From positions 27,652,001 through 27,716,000 of the forward strand of contig NC_047019.1 in the NCBI RefSeq assembly GCF_902652985.1: a stretch of 64,000 nucleotides of DNA. Reading direction: 5' to 3'. The stretch's first letter is position 1; each line of letters opens with the position of its first letter. The notes beneath the pieces were generated by a model. That model did not search any database, was not told the origin of the DNA, and saw only the letters and a program-made list of their open reading frames with translations. This document shows, piece by piece, positions 13,101-25,100 of the stretch. Position numbers and translations under genes: made by a program. This DNA comes from Pecten maximus. Taxonomy: Eukaryota.

Positions 13101-16100
13101 CATAGCCGCCATCTTGAAAAACACATTTTAAACTACTTCTCATGTTCACCAGTGCTATTGAGCTGAAACTTGCCTGAAATGATCCTGATATGATCCCAAC
13201 CAAGTGTTGTTATTTTTCGGGTCAGTCCGAAATCCAAGATGGCCGCGATAGCCGCCATTTTTAAAACACATATTAAACTTCTTCTCATGTTCCACCAGTG
13301 CTATTGAGCTGCAACTTGCCTGAAATGATCCTGATATGAATCCGACCAAGTCTTGTTATTTTTAGGGTCGGTCCGAAATCCAAGATGGCCGCCTTGGCCG
13401 CCATCTTGAAAACACATTTTAAACTTCTTCTTCAGTTCCACTGGTGCCATTGAGTTGGAAATTGGTGAGGGTTTTAAGGAAGGAGGGCCAACAAAGTGTT
13501 GTTATTTGTTGACCTCGTAAAATCATTGACTTGGCAGCCATGGCGGCCACTTTGTAACATGATTGTGCAATCATGGTTTTCCTGAATAATGTCTATTTTA
13601 AACTTCCACCAGTGGGATTCAGCTCTTACTTACCAGAAATGATCCTGAGATGGTCCTTACCAAGTGTTGTTATTTATTGGGCGGGTCAGAAATCCAAGAT
13701 GGCCACCATGGCCAACAGTGCCACTATATATACTTGCTACAGAGAATACATACTACAATAATATAAGGTTTTTAATTTAGAGTCAGATGACCGTTAAGGC
13801 CCATGGGCCTCTTGTTTTTTGTTATAATCAGCTCATCCATGCCTAAAGGACAAGTTTAGCTCACATGTACATAATGGTATTATTCAAATGCTTTCCTGGT
13901 TACTAAGGTTAAATGTAATTACTTATTTTTAAACAACTTCTTCTTCTAAATAAAAAGTTGAGGGTCATATATGGTATGTGGCCCATATAACATTCTGAAT
14001 AAAGGTGTGTAAAATTTAGAAAAGAATGGCCCAGACTATTGACTATATCATGTTCAGATTGTCATTAAAAGCTTCAATAGGTTGATTTAGATACCAGTAC
14101 TATATGAGTGTGGACATGCCCAAAGAACCACTTGTTTTGGGTGAAAATTTTAGTATTTGCCAGGGAAGTTCGGAGCTAAAATATTTGAAAAAATCCTAAT
14201 TTAATTGGCCCCAAATATTTTATCAACAATGCCATCCTCAAAATTCTATTAGATTCACCTCTCAGATATGATCTCTGAAGACAATAGAACTACTGAATAT
14301 AGTTTGTAATTTTATGAGGGATTCAGTTTTGCAATATTCAGTTATTGAATAAAGCACAAAACTAAATACCAAGGTACCAGATGAATATATTGATATTCAT
14401 ACACATAAATCTATAGCAGTGTTTACTGTTGAATGCTACTTCAGAACAAGGAGACCCCACCTCAGAATGGCCCTGGCTGACCATGGGCCATGCATAAACC
14501 CAACAAACAAAATGACCCTGACTGTTCATGGGGTGTTAAACTCATGAACAAAACAAAATAAACCTGGCTGTTCACGGGGCAATAAACCATAAAACAAAAT
14601 AAACCTGGCTGTTCACGGGGCAATAAACCATAAAACAAAATAAACCTGGCTGTTCACGGGACAATAAACCCAACAAAACAAAATAAACCTGGCTGTTCAC
14701 GGGGCAATAAACCATAAAACAAAATAAACCTGGCTGTTCACGGGACAATAAACCCAACAAAACAAAATAAACCTGGCTGTTCACGGGACAATAAACCCAA
14801 CAAAACAAAATAAACCTGGCTGTTCACGGGACAATAAACCCAACAAAACAAAATAAACCTGGCTGTTCACGGGACAATAAACCCAACAAACAAACCAGCA
14901 AATACTGCAGAATGATTTCAAGTTGATGCTGTGGGAAATTTGATTACTATGAACTATGTCCAATTTAGACATAATACTAGCCCTAAAAATTTTCACAGCT
15001 ATGCAGTTGTCGAGAATACTTAGATTTTGAAGAAGCATAAGTAGCAGAAAATATTTTTTCCAAAATGAACAAAATGAACAAAATTCTGTACTTTCATTTT
15101 AGATTAGAAAATATTGTTAATGTAACACACGATTTTTACTGTTAATTTCTAATGAAAAGTTGAAAATGAAAAGGTTGACTTATAAAAAATAAAATGATTG
15201 TAAAGATGATAATGATTATGGAAATTTTGTTTGTTACAGGTGTAAATACACCCGACCATGGTGTGATGTTTGCTACGCTTGTCAATCTACTTCAGGAGAG
15301 AGTTTCTCCCCTTGTTGCAATTCTTCAGTCTAAAGACTGTAACAACGTCAAAAACACACTCTCAAAACTTCTGGGACAAATCTTGAAGAATCCTCAACTG
15401 GTATTATAGTTTGTTGTTATCATGATATTGTCATCTTCTTTTTAATATTTCTCTGTCTAGTAAATGGAAGTTCAACATTACTGCAGTACATAATTAGTTG
15501 TGTATGTTAAAAATACATTTAGGTTATAATCTTTTTTCTGCAGAAATGTTTATGTTGAGTTCTAAACAAAGAGTACAGTAATTGACCGATCTGTAAGTAA
15601 CGTGTGACATTAACTCTCTCACAGTTTATTGAGGATGAAGAATCTCCAGAAGTTAGTCAGAAAAATCTGCCAATCAGCCTGGCCACACTCGCCGATTGGT
15701 ACGACGATAAATATTCGGTAAGTATCATACCTCTCTGTGGCCACTGTAACAGATTGGTACGACGATAAATATTCGGTAAGTATACGTACCTCTCTGTGGC
15801 CACTGTAACAGATTGGTACGACGATAAATATTCGGTAAGTATCATACCTCTCTGTGGCCACTGTAACAGATTGGTACGACGATAAATATTCAGTAAGTAT
15901 CATACCTCTCTGTGGCCACTGTAACAGATTGGTACGACGATAAATATTCGGTAAGTATCATACCTCTCTGTGGCCACTGTAACAGATTGGTACGACGATA
16001 AATATTCGGTAAGTATACGTACCTCTCTGTGGCCACTGTAACAGATTGGTACGACGATAAATATTCGGTAAGTATCATACCTCTCTGTGGCCACTGTAAC

Positions 16101-19100
16101 AGATTGGTACGACGATAAATATTCGGTAAGTATCATACCTCTCTATGGCCACTGTAACAGATTGGTACGACGTTTAATACTTGGTAAGTATACGTACCTG
16201 TCTATGGCCACTGTAACAGATTGGTACGTCTAGGTTGGCGTTGGTGGTGGCTTCGGCGTCGCCTGCACAGAGGTTTCCATGCGATAACTCGAAGTTCCCT
16301 TTCGCCAATCAAACTCAAACTTCACGAAGGTCAAAAGTCAAGGTCACTTGCTAAAAATTGAAAATTTGTTTCCATGTGATAACTCTTGTAATCACTCAAC
16401 TTTCTGTGCTGGTGAAACATCCACTTTTATGGAATTCTCGTTTGTGAATATGATTTCAAAAATGATAATTCTGCATGAATGAAGAAGGAGGTACTTATTT
16501 ACAGATAAATATGGTACTATACACTGGCAGATTAAGGATGAAAATGTACACTACCCGGTGGTTGTGGAATAAAGCAAGTATTCATTTCTCAAGGACGGTT
16601 CTCAAACGCTGTCTTTATGTCCTTGTTTTCAGGATATTAGAAGGAGCTACATATTAATCTTGATTAAATTCTTAACCCTCAGCTGAACCATTCCAGTCCA
16701 AAGAAGCGGAAATCTACTGGAGGTGGTGGTGTTGACAGTCAGCCCCTTCCCCCTGTCATTATGGTGTTTGAAGACCTTGAAAGCTTTCAGCCACGAGTCC
16801 TGCAGGAGTTCATTACAATCTGCAGGTAACTGATTCAGCCTGTTAAGGTAGACTGTCTTGTCTTTCAAACAAGAATTTTGTTTTTTTTTTAATAGTTTCT
16901 AGAGATTCTGAATTAATTTCAGTGCAGTAAAAACATTGTCCGCTATTCCAGGAAAATGTTTTATCTTACAGCAGGACACCAAAAATAAAAAAAATAAATC
17001 TTTACATAGTTGTTCATATTTAAGTGCATAATCGAATTTAAACATGCCACAATGAATTGGCTCTGTCGAAATTGTTCTCATAGAAAATAATCTACTGCAA
17101 ATTAAGCAAAATACTTCCTGTGCAAAAATCACAAAAATGGTTTTTACAGTACAATATATATGGTACTTAACTGTTTCAATCATCTCTGAGGATGGACTCT
17201 GTTTAACCAATCTGGAGTCCTAGCACCTGTGGTATAGATAATTGACAGAAAAAGCTGTTGGGGGGATAAGTTAAGTTCTACTTTGTATTATAATCTATTG
17301 ACTTTATTAGGGAGATATATTTTTGTTTGTTCGTTATTTTTCACGTGTATGGGAACTTGTAGAGCCTTATCGAAAGGGTGTACAATAGTAAAGATTGAAA
17401 GATGAAATAGTTTTGGAGGGTGAACAACTTAGTTCATACATACATGTACTACGTCTTTTGGAATTTCCATGAGGAAGATAGATCATTCAAATGTTAATCC
17501 TCAAGGACATTGACAGCCTCTTTTTTGAAAAACTAATGCCTTCAAAACATGTATTAAAATACTCTTTCTGCTAAACCAAGAAAATCATGGGTGCCAGAAA
17601 TATTTATCTGTCACCCAGATTAGTGTAACAATCATGTGATCTAGACTGCATCTATTCATTCATAAATACAGCCCAGATTAACATAGAGGTCATGGGTGAC
17701 TGGTGCCAAATTTAGATATAAAATTATGATCAATACAAAATAAATCTGTACTGTGGTCATGTCTAAATAATTTAATATTGTTTGAAAAGTCGGGGAGTCT
17801 CAACATAGTTCACTCCCTAATAGGGAGGGTTGACAAGCATGTTTGTTAAACGATTGAGGTTTCAAGTCAGCTGTAAATTATAATATTGTAATGTATAATT
17901 ACAGTAACTATCTAGGTCAGCTGCCAATCGTTTTTGTGTTTGGCATTGCTACGTCTGTGTCAGCTGTTCACCGTCTCCTGCCCAATTCTGTGTCGTCTAC
18001 ACTGTGTATGGAGAAGTTCCAGGCACCACCATCTACTGAGTATCTCACCCTGCTCATCAACCAGGTTAGTGCTTCATTCTCATCTAACAATGTCTAAATA
18101 TCCTAGGGACATGGAAAAAAGAAACATGGAAAAAAGACATAGGATTGGTAACTGTGGTAAAATAGTCAGAAGACTCTCTATTTCTCAGAGGTCAAGGTCA
18201 TGATGTTTGGCCAGTAACATTCTGACAAGAACTTATACCAATTTTCTTAAAACAAATGATGTTAATGGACTTCTAAAGTCACACGGGTCAAACTGGTTAA
18301 AATATTCCAATGATTTATTTCTGTATTACAAAATCCCAGGGCTATGATAATGATATAGGTGGGTACCATATTCATGATTTCATTCCGATATCATTTGTAA
18401 AATGCATTATATTTTTGTAAAATTGAAGTTTCATTTGATTGTTTTCTAGATTCTGATGTCAAAATGCTGTCCATTCAAGCTAGGCTCCCGAGTGTTCAAA
18501 CTTCTGCTGGATATATTTCTCTACCATGATTTTTCAGTTCTTAATTTCATAAAAGGACTTCAGGTATTACATGTATTTCAAAAATATATTATTTTCTGTC
18601 GCAAGTTTTTTGTTGCTTAACTCAGCTTTAGTGAAGTATTGTTGTAAATTCAACATTTCAGACTTACATAATATGAAATATGTTACCAGGACATTTTTGT
18701 TGATTGTACAATCTCCTTGGTCAGTAGAGGTACACTGTATTTGTTGAGCTGAGCTGAACTTCCTTTATCTGTTTCATAGCTGTCTAGGGAATATCCGTAT
18801 TCCCACTGTCAGACCTTGCTTCAACTGAAGTTTATCTCAAAATCTGAAAGTCTAAGATTCTTTTTAACTCCACAAAGTGATAAAAAATTATGTAATATAC
18901 TTTTGTAGATAAGATGGACAGTGGAGGTCCTAACAAGTTACTCATGTCAAGGTGAAATTCAAGGTCACCTAAATGGAGATTATGGGATATACCTTCAATT
19001 AATGAAGACATGGAAGTTCAGACATAGTAATGAATGATTGCTTTAGATGAGTACAGCTGTGTTTTTTCTGGTGCTGCTTTAGATGAGTAATCCTGTGTTT

Positions 19101-22100
19101 TTTCTGGTTCTGCTTTAGATGAGTACAGCTGTGTTTTTTTCTGGTTCTTTAGTTCTCGATGATGGACCACTTCATGTCAAACCCAATGAGTCACTTGTGC
19201 TGCCCCCTGGAGGATATCTCCAACCAGACAAAGAGACTCAGTAACAATGAGCTGGAACTCATTCGTCAGCTTCCTTCCTTCATGAGGTATGTGAAGTGTA
19301 AAACTGGGGGAGTTACCTGTACAGATCAGGGAATACGATTCTGCCTTTTAGATTGTGCAATCATGTTTTCTTGCCTTTCCATTTATGACTGAATATATAC
19401 TGTTTCTCTTTAAAGCTTGAAAGATATTTTATTATTTGTGTGACTTTCGTAAAAGATATTTTATTATTTGTGACTTACGTAAAAGATATTTTATTATTTG
19501 TGTGACTTACGTAAAAGATATTTTATTATTTGTGTGACATATAAAAGATATTTTATTATTTGTGTGTCTTACGTAAAAGATATTTTATTATTTGTGTGAC
19601 TTAGGTAAAAGATATTTTATTATTTGTGTGTCTTACATAAAAAGATATTTTATTACTTGTGTGACTTACGTAAAAGATATTTTATTATTTGTGACTTACG
19701 TAAAAGATATTTTATTATTTGTGTGACTTACGTAAAAGATATTTTATTATTTGTGTGACTTACGTAAAAGATATTTTACTATTTGTGTGATATGTAAAAG
19801 ATATTTTATTATTTGTGTGTCATGTAAAAGATATTTTATTATTTGTGTGACTTACGTAAAAGATATATTATTATTTGTGTGACTTATGTAAAAGATATTT
19901 TATTATTTGTGTGACTTATGTAAAAGATATTTTATTATTTGTGTGATTTACGTAAAAGATATTATATTATTTGTGTGACTTACATAAAAGATATTTTATT
20001 ATTTGTGTGACTCACGAGTGACTCTGATTTCAGACATGTGGAGAGTTGCCCTACTGCCCAGACAAGCTGAGTTGTTAACAGATGATACAGAACTCAAGGT
20101 GACAAATTCTTAGTAACTGGTTTTCTGGTACAAGACTCTGTGTAGTGCTAAGCTTTGTCTCACCGACTATAGTCAGTGTTCTGTTGGCATGTACTATGCT
20201 AATGCACTGCAGCAATGTTTTTATGATAGGTCTGGTTTGTTGAAAAGTTTATAAGCACCTGTGGATGTATCAGTTATCATCAGGATGACAGTTTGATTTA
20301 TAATCAAAAGATACTATGATACAAACTTCACAAGGGGCGGCTAACATACCGAGATAGATTTGGCCTCTTATGGAATTTCATTGCTTAAACAGAAACAAGT
20401 TGACATACATGTATTATGATATGAATTATAAGGTGAATTTTACATATTCACAGTTTTATTTTGATGTGTAGAGTTGACTATATATAATACAGAGAATACA
20501 TTGTTACTGTCTTAAAATATAAGCTATATTTCAGCAAGGGTATAGAAAGACAAAATGGCGAACCACTTTCATTTTTCTGTCCAGAGCAGAATATACAGCT
20601 TATATTTATCCTGCAACAGTCATCAAAAATATTAGATATCAACACTACTTCCTCACTTCAAAAGAACACTAGTATTGAATATATTTGGTGAGATGAAACC
20701 AGGCATGAGTTGGTGTCATGCAGACGGGAATTTGATAAACCAGTAACTAATTAACTTAGAATATTGAAATAGCTCTCACAAATTAGAGTTTATATGACCT
20801 TTGCTCTTGGGGTGTGTATTTTATCATACATTGAGGTTTCATTTTCATTTTATTTCATTCTGCTTTTCTATAGATTGAAGTGTTGAAGTTACTGACAAGA
20901 ATACATACCTTTCGTGAGGAATTCTATCCCATGTTGAGGTGTCTTCATACTCTTGTGTCAAAGCTTCCCAAACAGCCTTTAGGAAAACAGGTCAGTACCA
21001 GGCTTATACTTTATAGCTGTTTACAAATACTTTGTATCCTCAGATAGCATTCATCTATGAAGAACCTTTCGATAAAGTGTACTGATGATTTTTTTTTCAG
21101 CTGCGAGAAGTTTATGCTACAGTGCTAGGTTGGAACATAGAGGAGAATGAAGATTACAAAACATCTTTAGATTTATTGAAGTGAGTACCTAAAGAACTGT
21201 TATAAACCAGCAAATTCAACGTCTGATCTTATAAGAATTGTTGGAGTGATACAAAATTTTGATACGATAATTCAAGGCATTATCACTCAGTGTTGAATCT
21301 TTTCACAAAAAGTCACTTATTGAAATATCAATTGTGAAAACATGGCTTAGAATATAAACTTAAATCTGCAGGAAACTTGAAGATTAAAAAGAAACATCAT
21401 TAGAAAAAGTAGAACTAAAAAACGCCACTTCAAGAAAAAAAGTTTGAATTTCAGATTCATGTCAAAAGATGAACTGACAGGTTTGTTGAGGGAATGTGCA
21501 AGTTGCCTTGGCGATGATCTTCCCTCCAATCAGAAAGACATCCCTACATCTATAGCCTCACTACTGGACAGATTCGACACACTTCATGGTAACCTTTTCA
21601 GCCGACCTTGGGCAAGAGACCTTCAGTTGATAAAAAACAGTGTTTCGATGTCCCTGACATTTTATGTTTCAGGGAATATATTGTTATCAATGTTCCTCTG
21701 TTTAAGAATCTTGTTGGAGGATGATAAGGTTTGAAATGGTCAGATAGCATGCTTGGATGAACTAATAAGTTTATAAAGTTTGTTCAAATAAATTACCTAG
21801 ACCTAATTTAAAGGTCACAGGGGAGAAATGTGCTAAAATCTTAAAATGATTTCTTGATAAGACCCAAAAGACCCAGGGTCATGATATTTTTTTTTACATG
21901 CGTATGCTGATGAAGGCCTGTCAGACAAGTGAGCAGAAACTGGCCCATTTTGCCTCCTTTTTCAAACATCCAACACCTGTAGGTTTTTTTGTTTGTTTTT
22001 GTTTTGCAACTGTTGCTTGTTTGTTTCTAGAACTAGTCGAAAGTGAGGAAGAGGAGCAAGTCCCAGAAAGCAGTCCTGTGATCAAGAAAACAGATCTCCA

Positions 22101-25100
22101 CAGTTTGAAAAAGGTAAATGGGGCCTACCAAAACCTAAAAATATTATTTTGTTTTGACTGAAGAGAGTGAATAATATTAGGAGAAAACTGTTGTACGATA
22201 AATAAAGTCTATTCAAATCTGAGATTAAATTTACAAGTGTTTGATGGGTTTCTTATCATTACATTATGATAATATATTAAAAAAAATGTATTTTATATTT
22301 TTGATAAAACATAAAAAGGAAAAAGGATATAGAAGAAACTGGAAAAGAAACTGAAAGTAGGTTATTTAGCTTTATTTGTGTGAATATCATTAACCAAGAT
22401 TAAGCAAGAAATATATCTAAAGATTTCTCGTCCTTTTTCAGAGGCTACAAGAGATGGAGAAAAAGAAAAAGAAACTGTCCCCATATGAAAAGTTGAGATC
22501 TGAATGTATAGATTACTTCGATTCCTTATTCAGGTATAAAAACATTAATTACAGAGTCACTGTGCTGAACATAATTTACTTATATCACATCTAAAAGTTT
22601 TCAGGGCATTTTGGCACAATTTCTAACAGATTAGTATGTCGTGGCATATTAACGATTGTCACAACACAAATTACATTTATCTGTTATAGATAATTAAGCA
22701 AAATAGCAATTGGCACAATAATTTAGATCATTGGTGAAATCGCCAAAAGTGCTGAAAAAGGAAAACTGCTTAAAACCAGCATGGTTACAGTATGATGGAT
22801 CTGAAATTTGTTTACATTTCACAAAATATTTATGAAACAATTCAAGTAGACTTAAATTTTTGTTCAGATTCTAAAGTAGAAAAATTCATAAAATCCCATG
22901 GATATATACATGTATATACATACTGTATGCCTGTACATACTAGTTGAATCACCAGAATTAGGTCACTGTGACTTTTTGACATTTGGCTTCTCACGCTCAA
23001 TAATCTGCTACATGACTTTATGTATGTGGTATAGAACTGCACACTAACAATTTTTTTACGCAGATGAAGAATTTTACCTCATTCAGGATATGAAATGTTA
23101 TGATATCCTTTTACTTATGATAGACACAAATCCAGACTTACTTACTCCTGAAACTCTTGAGTTAAAAACTTCCTTATATCAAGAAATACACATTTGTTCA
23201 TTCACATCTTTTTCCAAATCGGAAGTTTGTCTCTTAGGACTCTTTCCTGTATCTTTTACGTTGTATTTGTTTCCTCTAGGAAATACCTAGTAAGTCCAAA
23301 AACTCTGCCTCTTTACGAGCTACTGTACTATGACTCGGCCAGCAAAGTAAGGAGTCACCTGGCTGCCTCACCTAGGTCAGCTGTACAGCTGGCTCTCGGA
23401 AATTCTCACACCTATCTTCACAACCAGGTAATGTTTTGTTACTTGAAACATTTTATTGTTACAGTACAGTAATAGTTTCTGTGGCTCCAGACAAAATGAG
23501 CAAGTTTCAACATGCAAATTCAATATATGATCTATAAGATCTATGACAGATACTGGATCACTTCCCTTTTAACCCACCATTATCAGATAGTGGGCTGTTG
23601 GAATCGCCATTTGTCCGTGTTTTGTCTTTCATTCACAGAAATCTTTGTTGCGCTGATTTCTCAGAAGCATCAGAAGGATCTCTCTAAAATATCCCTATGT
23701 ATGTTTTGCTTGGTTCCTAGTTGTGTCTGTGCAATTGTATGTTTGATCAGAAAACACAATTGCAAACCAATGGTTGTCATTAAAAAATTCAAGTTTGTTA
23801 TTGCTGTTGTTCAGCAAGTGCTGTATGGACCTTTGTAAATAATCACAGGCCCATATGACATGTGAACAATACAGGCCCATATGGCCTCATTTAAACCCAG
23901 GTTTTGTCAGAAGTTGGGACAGCAGACTGCTTGTAATACTGTACCTTGGTATTATATTCCATTATAATTGAAATACCTTTTTATGTTATGTCATCAGCTG
24001 GAGAGTGATAATTTGGGGACCATCAGCCCAGATATCCCCGACCTGTGTATTGTATACAAGCTACATCTGGAGTGTAGCCAGCTCATCAACCTCTACGACT
24101 GGCTCCAGGTAACCAGATCATTGTGTTTTGTTTTACACCAGGTGATATTGTTAGTTACCTAGTGTATATAGTGTATATCCTTACTGGAGGGGCCGCCGTG
24201 GCCAAGTGGTTAAGGTATCCCGACACTTTATCACTAGCCCTCCGCCTCTGGGTTGTGAGTTCGAAACCTACGTGGGGCAGTTGCCAGGTACTGACCGTAG
24301 GCCGGTGGTTTTTCTCCGGGTACTCCGACTTTCCTCCACCTCCAAAACCCGGCACATCCTTAAATGACCCTGGCTGTTAATAGAACGTTAAACAAAATAA
24401 ACCAAACCAAAAATATATCCTTACTGAAGCTTGGAACATGAAGAGTAATAAAATTGTTCTAATGACAATAAATGAATCAAATTAGAGATGCTCTTACTTT
24501 GGTATACTCACAAATGTGTGTATAATTTAATATAGTCAGTGCGTCGTTATACCCAAACATTTGTATTATTTAGGATCTCAGACTAACAGTGTTTATTTTA
24601 GGGACTGGTAACAGCTACACCAAATATATGTAACAGAGCGCAGGATTAATTAGATTTAAATCACTGCCTCCGCTAGGGATCGAACCCGGGACCTCTGGCT
24701 TAGTAGTCTTACACTCAACTAATCGAGCTAAAGAGAAGATCTCTCTAGCCGAGCGGTATATTGTGGCTAGTATTTACCAGGGTTACATATATATCTTCAG
24801 ACTTAATCACAATTGCCTGAACAGGAGTAAACATTTTACAGAGACAGCAACAGAAAATCTTATTATGTATTGTTGATTGATTTTGTAGTCTAAGAGTAAC
24901 AATTTCCCTGATACATGCCTATATGATTTGATATCTTCTGTAAGATGGAAACCCACATAATATGATATTAAATGTTCTCAGTATCCTGTGCAACTGTTAT
25001 AACATGAGCTTTTCAAAGCAGAATATTTAGAAATTGTAAACATTATGACAATGGCTGTTGAGTGAGAACATTTTGTATTTGTGAGGCATGACTTACTGAA

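Noticed and set aside
10127-13761. ORFs such as [13 protein letters not shown]
   Set aside because: Translations of HINE core repeats; no transposase motifs.
24187-24280. SINE heads (also 52440-52517) as tRNA genes
   Set aside because: They lack a proper cloverleaf and are followed by a V-domain core and tail; the 24187 copy has a TSD.
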